A DNA stretch of 64,000 bases from a virus. The stretch's first letter is position 1. Every line of letters starts with the position of its first letter. The position numbers and the translations under genes are program-made. Shown piece by piece: positions 20,238 to 30,149 of the stretch. Below the pieces are notes generated by a model, which saw only the letters and a list, made by a program, of their open reading frames with translations, was not told the DNA's origin and did no database searches. Location of the stretch: positions 9,404 to 73,403 of IMG/VR virus record IMGVR_UViG_3300013126_000021; one strand, written 5' to 3'.

Positions 20238-20665
20238 GGGGGGCTTAAAATTTGGCGGGCTGTTGCTTAAAAATTACGCGGTGTAAGTAATTTTGCGCTA
20301 TGGCCCAAACTCTTTTTTTTAAAAATTTATTTTCTGGGGGCCGGAAGAGAAATTTCGAAAAAATGCTATAGATAAAATTTTTTTGGAGGGCCCGGAGCCC
20401 TCCAACCTTTTTACTACTCTGTTTACTACTCTGTTATTACAACTACATCACCTACGAGCATTTCACCTGAGATATGGGCTGAACCCATCAATTCATTACC
20501 TTTTGCTTCGGCTAATTCAACTGTTGAAAATGGTCCTGCTGCTACAAAAAGGTCTCCTGAAATGTATTCAGTAATATATGTACCATCTACATCTACATAG
20601 ATTTTACAGGTCATATCATTGGCTGAAATGTCTTTTACTTCTACTGGATCGCTCATGTTTTTTCC

Positions 20666-21088
20666 TTATAGTTCGGGCTGATTTTTGGATTTCCATCGTT
20701 TAATACTGTAGTACTGTTCAACACGTTGTTTAGCATCACGAAGGTTTAGCCCTAGCACTGTGACATGGAGTATATTGTCTTGTATATAACTACGAAAAGG
20801 GCAATCTGGATTTACATGGATTTTATCGTCTGCAAGTTCTGCTTTAAGGTGGTAAAAATTTCCATCTTTTACTCTCTGTACAAGGTTCATTGATTCTGTG
20901 TGTATGTACATCATTTCTTTCCACCAGAATTCTGCATCTTCTTGTGTTAGGAAATCTCCTGATATTTTTGCTCCTGTTTTTGGATTAATCCAGAACCAAA
21001 CGAAGTCTTGTAGTTCTTCATCCCTATATCGAATGAGATGGGCTGTGAAGTATCTCTTATTATCTTTTTTCTGTTCGTTTATACTCAT
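20666..21088 (-). CDS. Hypothetical protein
   Basis: 140-aa packed ORF. Confidence 0.7.
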   Translation of the reverse strand: MSINEQKKDNKRYFTAHLIRYRDEELQDFVWFWINPKTGAKISGDFLTQEDAEFWWKEMMYIHTESMNLVQRVKDGNFYHLKAELADDKIHVNPDCPFRSYIQDNILHVTVLGLNLRDAKQRVEQYYSIKRWKSKNQPEL

Positions 21089-21093
21089 CTATT

Positions 21094-21657
21094 TTACGGA
21101 GATTTGTCTGATTTAGTGAACCATAGTTGGATTGAGTAACGTATTTGCGCATTGGGTGAAATTGGTGTCGTGCAATGCCATTCTGTGTTTGTCGTGTGAA
21201 TGGCTGTATTGTACTGTGGAATCCAGAAGTTACCGTACGGAACATTAAATGCTGGTTGAGACAGGTCATTTCCTGAATTCTCTGTCGTCCATGCGAACCA
21301 ACCACCCCAATTGGAATCCCATTCCCGTGATAGGTATATCGAGAGCGCATCATACTCCGGAAAATCTGGATGCCAATTTACACAAGACAAAGGAAAACCC
21401 ATATAGAAAAGCGCAGAGGTTGTCTCTGGTTTCCAAGAGATTTTACCTCTTGTATATAATTCGTCATAAATTTCTGCTCGAAGGTGCTCGGGCATTACAC
21501 GAGAAAGAATCGTTCCTGTCGTCGTGTATTTAAGCACATCCAACCACTTTACTTGATTGGATGCCCATACATCACCTTGTTTGGTCTCCTCATTCCAAGA
21601 AAAAATTCTATCAATGAGATTCTGAGAAAGCACATCTGTAAGTATATTAACTGCCAT
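21094..21657 (-). CDS. 2OG-Fe(II) oxygenase (prolyl-hydroxylase-like)
   Basis: WHPD, WGG, distal WH and RxS motifs. Confidence 0.8.
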   Translation of the reverse strand: MAVNILTDVLSQNLIDRIFSWNEETKQGDVWASNQVKWLDVLKYTTTGTILSRVMPEHLRAEIYDELYTRGKISWKPETTSALFYMGFPLSCVNWHPDFPEYDALSIYLSREWDSNWGGWFAWTTENSGNDLSQPAFNVPYGNFWIPQYNTAIHTTNTEWHCTTPISPNAQIRYSIQLWFTKSDKSP

Positions 21658-21666
21658 TATTTCACC

Positions 21667-23760
21667 TTATGAAATCAACTGAATAAACCGATTCAGTAAA
21701 ATACGATCATTTACACGCCCGGCTCTATATTTAGAAAAAGCAGAAACAAGGGAACGTGTCGTGTTTTTAGTGGGTTCGAAATCAACCTCATCATCTAATC
21801 CTATTTTATCGGAACGCAGAAAGTAGTATTCATCATATCCATCAACCTTTGCAAAAGTAAATTTCTTACGAGAAAAATCTGAAATAAGTTTATCTTTTTC
21901 AAAGTAATTAATTTCTTTTTCAAAGGAATAACTGGACAAAAATCTACGAAGCTCACGGTTCATTGCAATATAGAAACCGATAAAATTTCCACCAACACGT
22001 TCTTTTAACAATTTCAAAAGCGCAGACGTCTGAAGGCTGGAAACATCTTTGCCATATTTACTTTCATCATTTGTTGATACAACGCTTTTGGTTTTTGTGT
22101 CACGGAAAAAGATTTTTGTATTGTATGGAAATGCTCCAAAGGTCAATTTTCCTTCTTCATTTGCGGAAGTAACATAAGAAGAAAGTTGCGAACCATCTCC
22201 ATCACTTAGAAAAACAGTATTTACAATTTCGACTTTATTTTTTTCCTTGAATTGTGGAATTACATCAAACGCAGCAATGATACATTCATTCAAAGGAGTA
22301 CCGGAAAGAGACATGATATGTGGAATACTATAGTTGCACATATATTTTCTTCCACCTTGTGGTGGGTAATTTACAAGGTAAGAACACATTTTTACGTATT
22401 CATTTGAAGTCATTTTTGAAGAAAGAAGATTTAGTAGAGAAAACTTTCCAATGCAGATATCACCATATTTTGGATTTGATAAAGAACTTGAATGCGAAAA
22501 ATCTCCCGTATCATTGTTGGTGTGAGTAGAAAATGCATACACTTCAAACGGAAGGTTCACTTTCTTACAAAAGAATACGATATTCAACAATTGTTTGATC
22601 GTTGAATTAATATGTTCTTGCATCGATCCGGACCAATCAATAAACAAAACCAATCCGTGTGATTTACCATTAGGTACTTTTGTCATTCTTGCGAAAATGT
22701 CATCGGTGAATTTGTATTCATGAATTTTGTTCATGTTAATATCACCGGTTTTTGAGATTTTTGCGCGAGCCATCTGAGATGCATTTTTCCTAAGCTCGAA
22801 TTCTTTTACAAGATACGAAACAACTTTACTTGATTCCTTTTTGAATTTATTGAATTCTTTCATCATTTCAGAAAAATCCAAAAATTCATTACCTGAATTG
22901 TGATCATCCAGTTTCCGAATAAGCTCACTATATGGAATAATAATATTTTTTAGATTCAGTTCAGGAATATTCAGATATTTCAAATCTTTCCGATCACTTG
23001 AAAATAATTGTTTTTCATTTTCCCGAAAAACATTATCGGTTTTTGATTCGATGTATTCTTCAAACAGGTTGGAATCATTTTTTTTATATTTTTCCGTATC
23101 TGATTCATTATCTTCATATTCATTTTCCTGATAATCACCTTCATCTTCATCTTCATCTGAATCATCCAATTCAAATAAACGAACAGTTTGATTTTGAATT
23201 TGTTCGAATTCACTTTTCATAAACTGTTCGATTTTTTGAGCGATTTTTACGACCTCATCGAAAGTTTCGGTACTCTCAACTTCTCTCAGTAGGAGTTCTT
23301 CCTCAAATGAAAATTGAATTCCTTGAGCAGAACCACCTTTTGTGTATAAATTAACACGATCAATGAAGTTAAGTTCATTCAAATTTTGATTTTTTACACC
23401 GAAAAAATCTTTTTCTAGTAGTTCCCGATAACCTTTTACGAAGGAGTAACGAATGCCCGGAAATTTTCGTTTGATTTTCTTTTCGATTCTAGCATCTTCA
23501 CACACATTAAGTATGGAGCGATTGACTTTTAGATCAACGACTGAATGATGCCATCCATCTTTAGGCGTTTCAAGCGCATGCCCGACTTCATGCCCCAAAA
23601 GTAGATCAAGAAGTTCAGAGGAAAGATTACCATCAAGAATGGGAATCGTCAGAGTTCGATTTTCTAGATCGAAAAACGCCGTCGGAACTTTTTTTTGCTC
23701 GATGAAAATATTTTCTGTAGCCATCAGACGAGCAAGATTTGATTTTGACTGAATAATCAC
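21667..23760 (-). CDS. CobT-like metallopeptidase/VWA-domain protein
   Basis: HEVGH zincin motif, acidic linker, MIDAS DWSGSM, GTPL, LSDG. Confidence 0.85.
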   Translation of the reverse strand: MIIQSKSNLARLMATENIFIEQKKVPTAFFDLENRTLTIPILDGNLSSELLDLLLGHEVGHALETPKDGWHHSVVDLKVNRSILNVCEDARIEKKIKRKFPGIRYSFVKGYRELLEKDFFGVKNQNLNELNFIDRVNLYTKGGSAQGIQFSFEEELLLREVESTETFDEVVKIAQKIEQFMKSEFEQIQNQTVRLFELDDSDEDEDEGDYQENEYEDNESDTEKYKKNDSNLFEEYIESKTDNVFRENEKQLFSSDRKDLKYLNIPELNLKNIIIPYSELIRKLDDHNSGNEFLDFSEMMKEFNKFKKESSKVVSYLVKEFELRKNASQMARAKISKTGDINMNKIHEYKFTDDIFARMTKVPNGKSHGLVLFIDWSGSMQEHINSTIKQLLNIVFFCKKVNLPFEVYAFSTHTNNDTGDFSHSSSLSNPKYGDICIGKFSLLNLLSSKMTSNEYVKMCSYLVNYPPQGGRKYMCNYSIPHIMSLSGTPLNECIIAAFDVIPQFKEKNKVEIVNTVFLSDGDGSQLSSYVTSANEEGKLTFGAFPYNTKIFFRDTKTKSVVSTNDESKYGKDVSSLQTSALLKLLKERVGGNFIGFYIAMNRELRRFLSSYSFEKEINYFEKDKLISDFSRKKFTFAKVDGYDEYYFLRSDKIGLDDEVDFEPTKNTTRSLVSAFSKYRAGRVNDRILLNRFIQLIS

Positions 23761-23829
23761 TATTATTCCTTGAAAAACTTTTGAAAATTATTGATTTATA
23801 AGTTATTTTATCAAAAAATATGAAAAAAG

Positions 23830-24081
23830 TCAAGAAAAATCAAACGAAAGTTGTTCCGGTGCGACTTTTTTGACAATTATTTGTTTTTTTTCTTCATCAA
23901 AAGAGAAATGTAACTTGTCACCTTCGTTCCAATTCAGTTTTTCACACAATCCTTCAGGAAATGTCAAAAATCCATCACCGGAACCATCATCAGCATCAAC
24001 AATTTCTACATAACCACTAAAAATGTCTTGAGGTTGAATCCAATTGTGAATTATTTCATTTAATTGTTGCCATGCTTCCAT
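23830..24081 (-). CDS. AbrB/MazE-like swapped-hairpin DNA-binding protein
   Basis: LTFPEGLCEKLNWNEGDKL pattern. Confidence 0.65.
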   Translation of the reverse strand: MEAWQQLNEIIHNWIQPQDIFSGYVEIVDADDGSGDGFLTFPEGLCEKLNWNEGDKLHFSFDEEKKQIIVKKVAPEQLSFDFS

Positions 24082-24082
24082 T

Positions 24083-24424
24083 TTATCTCCTCATTTTTGC
24101 AATATCCTTAGCTTCTTCATCAGAAAAAATAGGAATAGCATTAGATTTGTGTAGAGTACCAATTCCAATAATTTTTGTACCAGTATAAACTTTTTTCTGT
24201 GGCGCAGGAGCGACTTGCAATCCAGAGTCAACAGACGGAATATGTTTTGTCGTGAACCTTCCAGGAGGAATCTTAGGAACGTACTTTAGTGTTTTCGAAT
24301 TGGTTTTTGGTTTGTTTGTCGGTGTAGCACTAGTATGTTTTTTTAACCATGCGGCATACTCTTCTCGCTCCTTTTGAGGAGCGAGTTTATGTTTTGACTT
24401 TTCGGCACCAGTGTAAATCATCAT
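24083..24424 (-). CDS. Conserved T4-like hypothetical protein (HKSNAIPIF)
   Basis: GGAG RBS; promoter at 24451-24479. Confidence 0.75.
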   Translation of the reverse strand: MMIYTGAEKSKHKLAPQKEREEYAAWLKKHTSATPTNKPKTNSKTLKYVPKIPPGRFTTKHIPSVDSGLQVAPAPQKKVYTGTKIIGIGTLHKSNAIPIFSDEEAKDIAKMRR

Positions 24425-24450
24425 TTTTCATACTCCGTTAAACAGTTTTT

Positions 24451-24504
24451 ATTATAACGGATATCATTACAATTGTCAAGAAATTTCGTTGTTTATATAC
24501 AACT
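24451..24504 (-). promoter_or_regulatory. Sigma70 promoter TTGACA-17-TATAAT with GTTG-N8-CAAC box
   Basis: Consensus hexamers. Confidence 0.8.
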
Positions 24505-24714
24505 TACTACTTGTTTGATTCTACTGTATCATAACCACCGGAATAATTCTCATCCTCAAGACTACGCATTTTCATTTTACGCATTTCTCTATAGATTTCC
24601 TTTTTTCTTTTTTTGTTTTTAGTGAAATCTCTAGAATATCCTTCATCATCATTATAATTACGATTTTGACGAAATTTTCCAACAAATTTTGACACTTAGT
24701 TTTTCTCCTTAAAA

Positions 24715-25137
24715 TTATAGAACATCTGGAATATTGTCTTTGACAAATTTATATGTAAGCCCTTTAATACCAAGGTCTTTTTTGAAGATACCAATAATAA
24801 CATCCGCTTCACGAGGTTCAAGAGATTCAAGTAGAATAATTAGAAGTTCTTTACTCCTTTTTTCTGACAATTTCTCTGCGGTTTCATTACCTTTTTGAAA
24901 GAGATACAACCTTTTCAATTCAGTATCAAGTGACGCAAAAGAAATACCTTTCACTGTGTCAGGAATTTTATACTCCTTTGGATAGCTATTGTATTTCCAT
25001 TGCACTTCTGGGCGAAACGTAAGTTGCAAAACTAATTTTAGTGTTGGAGTCCAATTTCTAGCCAACACATCAATTTTCCCCTGTTTCGTACTTTCTTTTT
25101 GAAATTCATCAAAAATTTCGTAAATATTTTTTCTCAT
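24715..25137 (-). CDS. Conserved T4-like hypothetical protein downstream of rnh
   Basis: LLESLEPREA motif; position. Confidence 0.75.
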   Translation of the reverse strand: MRKNIYEIFDEFQKESTKQGKIDVLARNWTPTLKLVLQLTFRPEVQWKYNSYPKEYKIPDTVKGISFASLDTELKRLYLFQKGNETAEKLSEKRSKELLIILLESLEPREADVIIGIFKKDLGIKGLTYKFVKDNIPDVL

Positions 25138-25979
25138 TAGAATTCCTCAATAACATCAATAAGATTTTTAAGTTTGTTTTGCATAAAATAAGTAATCAAA
25201 GTTGCGCGTGGTGCTGGCTTTGTATTTTCAAATGAAACGACGATTGATTTTTTTATATCTTCTGGAATACAATTCAAATCAATAAGAGTTTGATTTCTAG
25301 AAAATCCAATTCGACAATTTTCATCATATTGTGAATAGTGTTCATCTAGAAACTGTGTTAATTTCCCCTTTGTAATAGGTTTTTGCCTTTGTTCAAGAAC
25401 AAAACAATTCGAAGGTGACATGATATTGGGAATACCATCACCTTTGTCGCCTTTGATAATTTTTTCTTTAAGTTCGAGTATTGGATTTTTTGAAGTAACA
25501 AATTTCTTAGTTGCAGGATTATACTGTTTGATATTTTTGTGAGCCTGCAATTGAAGAAAATCACCATCACTGGACAGAATAAGAATTTTTTCTTGTGATG
25601 AAAATCTAGGAGCCAACACACCAATTATGTCATCGGCTTCTGCCCTTTCAACATCAAGCACCTTGTATGGAAAGTTGTCTTTCAATTCTTGTTTAATTTT
25701 ACCAAGAATATCAAAAATAAGTTGCCAATCAAGGTTGGTTTTATCACGAGCCTTTTTTCTTCCAGCTTTGTAAAAAGGAAAGAATTCTTTTCTCCAGTAC
25801 TGTTTGTTGTCGCAACAGAGTACTGCATCTCCATATTCTTTTTTAAACTGCTTGATGTGTGAACGAAGAACATTCAAAACTAAATGTCGGACTAAACCTT
25901 CTTCCAGTTTGGTATTCTTATCTGAGATTTGTGCCATTAATCCTGATAATAGTACCTGATTGAGATCAATGAGAATCAT
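25137..25979 (-). CDS. rnh: T4-type RNase H (5'-3' exonuclease/flap nuclease)
   Basis: LIDLNQ, YKAGR, EADDIIG, SSDGDFLQL, GDKGDGIPN. Confidence 0.95.
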   Translation of the reverse strand: MILIDLNQVLLSGLMAQISDKNTKLEEGLVRHLVLNVLRSHIKQFKKEYGDAVLCCDNKQYWRKEFFPFYKAGRKKARDKTNLDWQLIFDILGKIKQELKDNFPYKVLDVERAEADDIIGVLAPRFSSQEKILILSSDGDFLQLQAHKNIKQYNPATKKFVTSKNPILELKEKIIKGDKGDGIPNIMSPSNCFVLEQRQKPITKGKLTQFLDEHYSQYDENCRIGFSRNQTLIDLNCIPEDIKKSIVVSFENTKPAPRATLITYFMQNKLKNLIDVIEEF

Positions 25980-25987
25980 GATAACCT

Positions 25988-27076
25988 TTATTTGTTAATT
26001 CTTAACAGAATTGTATCAGAATTGATCCTGCCTGTCAAATTCTGTTCAACGGAATTGATATCAGGTAAGATTTTTTTCAGTGTAATTTTTCCAGCTTTTA
26101 ATAGTGTCGGAAGTATTGCATCAGGTTTCCTAACTTTTTTCTGAATAGAAGTTTGTTCATTGAAATTTAGAATGGTCGTACCTTTTACTGACAATCCAGA
26201 AGAATCAATTGAATTGTATACTCCCAAATTTCTAGTTTTGGTATTAAACACCCATAGTTGCGAACAACCAATTATTTCAGATGGATTTACTGATGCAATT
26301 TTAAAATCATTATCTTCTTTTTTGTATTGTAGTTTTGCAATTACTTTATCAACAGGTTTTGCTTTTTTCTTACGAGGTGCGCGTGTAAGTTTGGTAACTT
26401 GTGAAATTTTTTCTGCATCAGAAATGATTTTTCTAATATATTCCAAATATTGCTTTAGTTCTTTTTTGGAGAAATTGGAATACCCCTCTACAAATTGTGG
26501 ATCTTTACTTTTAATGACTTCTTCAAATTCTTCTTCACGTTTTTTAAAAAAACTGATAATATGATTTGCATGCACACCCTTTACGGATAATGCTTGCATG
26601 ATATCATAAGGATCAACTGCATCAAAATCCCTTACAAGAAAACAATCATCAATTACACTTTCAATTTCACCAATGATTTCTTTTGATTTTTCTTGTATGC
26701 GTTCTTGAATTGAAACTGGTTTAGTTTCAACAATTTTAGGTTTTTGATTTTTTTGCGTTTTAGTTTTAATCGTTTGTAGCATTGTATCAATCCATTTGAC
26801 ATCTTTATCTGTCAATGGACCGCCGCGCTGTTTAATTCTACAAACAAAACCCAAGTTAAGAAAAAGGTTTTCTGATGCTTTTTCCAAAGCATCGATTGTT
26901 TCTTTCTTTTCTTTAATTTCTTTTAGATATTGAATTGTGTATTTTTTGCTATCATTCATATCACAATGATAGTTATACCAATTCAAAGCTTTGACAATAG
27001 ATTGTTCGCCGTTTTTCCAGGTGGGTTCGCCACCTGAAAGAACTTTTTCATAATCTTTAACGGATGTGAGTCTCAT
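25988..27076 (-). CDS. Conserved T4-like hypothetical protein
   Basis: 362-aa ORF ending GRINSDTILLR. Confidence 0.8.
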   Translation of the reverse strand: MRLTSVKDYEKVLSGGEPTWKNGEQSIVKALNWYNYHCDMNDSKKYTIQYLKEIKEKKETIDALEKASENLFLNLGFVCRIKQRGGPLTDKDVKWIDTMLQTIKTKTQKNQKPKIVETKPVSIQERIQEKSKEIIGEIESVIDDCFLVRDFDAVDPYDIMQALSVKGVHANHIISFFKKREEEFEEVIKSKDPQFVEGYSNFSKKELKQYLEYIRKIISDAEKISQVTKLTRAPRKKKAKPVDKVIAKLQYKKEDNDFKIASVNPSEIIGCSQLWVFNTKTRNLGVYNSIDSSGLSVKGTTILNFNEQTSIQKKVRKPDAILPTLLKAGKITLKKILPDINSVEQNLTGRINSDTILLRINK

Positions 27077-27335
27077 TTTTGGTTACAGTTTTAATTGAGT
27101 CAATACGGAATGATCGCCAGGCATTATTTTCCAAATCCCATACTGCAATTGTATTAGGATTTTCGGCTTTTGGCAAACTTTCCGTAAGAAGTTGTTGTTT
27201 TTCGGCAACAACTTGTGGAATGTACTCGGGAAGTAAAGTGCAATTCATCACTCTTTCTGTACCATCAACCTTTGTAAATATAACAGTAACCACGGAATTC
27301 TGTAATACCTCTTTCAATTCATATTTATTCATCAT
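27057..27335 (-). CDS. SH3/WYL-like protein
   Basis: FTKVDGTERVMNCTL...VWDLENNAWRSFR; start revised to MMNKY. Confidence 0.75.
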   Translation of the reverse strand: MMNKYELKEVLQNSVVTVIFTKVDGTERVMNCTLLPEYIPQVVAEKQQLLTESLPKAENPNTIAVWDLENNAWRSFRIDSIKTVTKNETHIR

Positions 27336-27690
27336 TTTTGTTTTCCTCATTATTTTCAATATATTTAACGACAACTTCATTTAATTGCTTATAAACTTTA
27401 TCCATATATTTACCACTTTTTTCTGTTGACCTAACTACAACTCCTTGAAAACCATCATCTATCATTCTTTCTACATAGTCAATAGGTGATGTTAAGATTG
27501 CCTCAAATCTTTCGGGTATAAATTGTTTTTTATGTATATCTGCAAGGATAATAATATCGTACCAATCACCCATAACTGATCCTGGCTTTTTTTCACCAAT
27601 ATCATCTAAAGTGAAGCCTTCAATTTTAACACTTGTTTCATCAAAGCGAAAAAAATTAATTCCGTCAAATTTACTTTCCGCTACATTCAT
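27325..27690 (-). CDS. Hypothetical protein
   Basis: Packed ORF. Confidence 0.7.
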   Translation of the reverse strand: MNVAESKFDGINFFRFDETSVKIEGFTLDDIGEKKPGSVMGDWYDIIILADIHKKQFIPERFEAILTSPIDYVERMIDDGFQGVVVRSTEKSGKYMDKVYKQLNEVVVKYIENNEENKNDE

Positions 27691-28099
27691 TTAATATACC
27701 TTTTATATGTGTTTTTCTGACTCGTACCATTATCCAACTATTGTAGTAGTCATTAGACTCTAATACTTTTTTTGTGAATTGTTCTCTAGCTTCAATATAA
27801 CCACATTCGCCTTTGGACTTACACAAATAAAGTATCTCTCTTTTGAAATTTTCCTTTCCTTGTATTATAACATCATTTTGCAATTCTGTGTTAGATCCAT
27901 AGTAAGTTTTCCAATCTGATTGCAATTTTTGTTTTTTTCTTTTTCCTTTAATTACTTTTGTTTTTATTGAATAGAAAAATTTTTTACCAATATATTTTTT
28001 ACCAGTTTTTAAATTGGTAATTTCATAAACGAATCCGTAGTTATCACCTATTTCATTTTCGGAAAATTCTTTGTCTCCAAAAATCCATTCTAACGCCAT
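27671..28099 (-). CDS. GIY-YIG endonuclease (T4 endonuclease II-like)
   Basis: GFVYEITN...KYIGKK, YYGS, YYN. Confidence 0.8.
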   Translation of the reverse strand: MALEWIFGDKEFSENEIGDNYGFVYEITNLKTGKKYIGKKFFYSIKTKVIKGKRKKQKLQSDWKTYYGSNTELQNDVIIQGKENFKREILYLCKSKGECGYIEAREQFTKKVLESNDYYNSWIMVRVRKTHIKGILNECSGK

Positions 28100-28270
28100 T
28101 CGTCTTGCCAGTCTTTGATTAAATCATCAGAATCATCTTCATCATATTCTTCTTCCATAACCTCTTCTATTTTTTCACCACAAAAGGGGCAAAAGCAAGG
28201 AAGGTCTTCAGAAACCAATTCTTCTTCGTATACTATTTCAAAGGATGATTCACATTCGGAACACTCCGCT
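28090..28270 (-). CDS. Small Zn-ribbon protein with acidic tail
   Basis: CSEC...CPFCG; GGAG RBS before TTG. Confidence 0.65.
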
Positions 28271-28309
28271 AAAATTGTTTTATCATTCAAAATATTTCTC
28301 CGTTTTTTG

Positions 28310-29299
28310 TTATTGTTTCCCCCAAACGCTACTCCAATCACCTGTTAAAGCACCTTTTGCATAATCAGTTGCTCTATTTTCAAAAAAGTTTGTGTGTGTC
28401 GGAGCATTGATCATTTCTTCCACCCAAGGTAAAGGGTTCTTTTTAACTTTCATTATACCTTTGAGGCCCATACTAATAAGGCGCCTATCAGCAATATAGC
28501 GAATATAGCGTTTAACTTCATCAGAAGATAACCCAGGCATATCACCCATGCTGAATGATAAATCAATAAACTTATCTTCGAGTTCAACCATTTTTGTTGC
28601 AATAGTGTAAATTTCAGATTTGAGAGAATCATTCCAAATTTCTCTATTTTCTTCAACATATGCCCTAAAAAGTTTAATCATTGATTCAGCATGTTGTGTT
28701 TCATCGACAATAGACCATGTAACAATTTGACCCATGCCTTTCATTTTTCCATTTCTAGGAAAATTTAATAACATAATAAAAGATGAAAACAACTGCATAC
28801 CTTCAGTAAATGCAGAAAATGCTGCAATGTGTGTTGCAGTAGACTGCACTGTCCCATTATTTAATGATACCTTCATTATATATTCATGTTTATCTTTCAT
28901 TTGTTCATATTCGAGAAACTGATTATAAGTGGTTTCAGGTAGCCCAAGCGTTTCAATTAAATGTGAGTATGCTGCAATATGAAGTGCTTCACGGGCAGCA
29001 AAGCCCAACAACATCATACGTACTTCAGGCTGAGGAAAATGAGGCAAATAATTGTTGACGTAACCACCAGCAACGTCGATATCTCCCTGCGTAAAAAATC
29101 TAAAAATATGGGTGAGAAATTGTTTTTCTTCATTAGATAACCTATTTTTCCAATCTTTGACATCCTCAAGCATTGGTACTTCAGTATGAAGCCAGTGCGA
29201 TTGCTCATGTTTAATCCAAGCGTCATAAGCCCAAGGATAATTGAACGGCTTAAAATGATTTCTTTCGTCCGTCAAAATTGAAGTTTTTTTCTTAATCAT
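28310..29299 (-). CDS. nrdB: Ribonucleotide reductase class Ia beta subunit
   Basis: EALHIAAY, EGMQLFSSF, DETQH, NFFENRATDY. Confidence 0.97.
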   Translation of the reverse strand: MIKKKTSILTDERNHFKPFNYPWAYDAWIKHEQSHWLHTEVPMLEDVKDWKNRLSNEEKQFLTHIFRFFTQGDIDVAGGYVNNYLPHFPQPEVRMMLLGFAAREALHIAAYSHLIETLGLPETTYNQFLEYEQMKDKHEYIMKVSLNNGTVQSTATHIAAFSAFTEGMQLFSSFIMLLNFPRNGKMKGMGQIVTWSIVDETQHAESMIKLFRAYVEENREIWNDSLKSEIYTIATKMVELEDKFIDLSFSMGDMPGLSSDEVKRYIRYIADRRLISMGLKGIMKVKKNPLPWVEEMINAPTHTNFFENRATDYAKGALTGDWSSVWGKQ

Positions 29300-29537
29300 T
29301 TGCCCACTCTCTTATTTGTTGTGGTGTGTGTACACCTACTAGTCTCGTTTTTTCTTTTCCGTCATCAAGTAAAAGCAAAGTTGGCACAGAACGAATTGCA
29401 TGATCTACTGCAATATTATCAAAAACATCAATGTCAACAATTTCAATAGGAATGTCTAATTTAGCTTCTTCTAGATTTTTTGACAAAGAAATGCATGGCT
29501 TACACCAAGACGCCGTAAATCTTAATATTTTTTTCAT
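29292..29537 (-). CDS. Thioredoxin
   Basis: WCKPC active site, SVPTL. Confidence 0.9.
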   Translation of the reverse strand: MKKILRFTASWCKPCISLSKNLEEAKLDIPIEIVDIDVFDNIAVDHAIRSVPTLLLLDDGKEKTRLVGVHTPQQIREWAND

Positions 29538-30146
29538 TTATACTCCTGAGGACAAAACTATTTTGCATATATGTTCAAGTCTTTCGATATGTTCGAATGC
29601 TCTCCACGGGCTCGTATCAACAGCGATTGCTCCGTGACGATCCATACCAATAATATTATACTTTAAACTTCCGTCATTTGCAACACCTAAATTTTCAATG
29701 CATGCATCGGCCAATTCTTGTGTAATTGGCGGAATCATTGGTACAGTTGGTCCAACAGTTGTGTATCGACTCAATTCTGGAAATTCCGCAACTAAATTCT
29801 GTAAGTTTATTCCTTTATACATTGCAGCAGTAATGTATGTTGGATGCATATGTATAACAACACGAACTTCAGTATTGATTTTTCTCTGAAGCCCCCAATG
29901 CATAGGAATTTCACCACTCGGCTCTAGCTCAGAACTAATTTTGGTATATGGTAAAATGTTCCAACTATTTTCACCAATTCCAATTTTTTTGAACATATCA
30001 GGTTGTAAAGTTTGTTTTCTAACACCCTTCGGCGAGATATGAAAATGGTCTACAGCATTATAACGCAAGCTAGCATTACCATCTCTTGTGGTAACCCAGC
30101 CTCGTCGATATCCTTCTTTGAAAATTTCACCAATAGTTTCTAACAT
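29538..30146 (-). CDS. Class II aldolase/adducin family protein
   Basis: DGNAS, PSGEIPMH, HMHPTY, RHG. Confidence 0.9.
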   Translation of the reverse strand: MLETIGEIFKEGYRRGWVTTRDGNASLRYNAVDHFHISPKGVRKQTLQPDMFKKIGIGENSWNILPYTKISSELEPSGEIPMHWGLQRKINTEVRVVIHMHPTYITAAMYKGINLQNLVAEFPELSRYTTVGPTVPMIPPITQELADACIENLGVANDGSLKYNIIGMDRHGAIAVDTSPWRAFEHIERLEHICKIVLSSGV

Positions 30147-30149
30147 AGG

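Noticed and set aside
14400-20240. Repeat units as a CRISPR array or integron attC sites
   Set aside because: Spacing is irregular (0.1-1.5 kb), units are degenerate and match -35/-10 promoter geometry; no cas or integrase gene in the window
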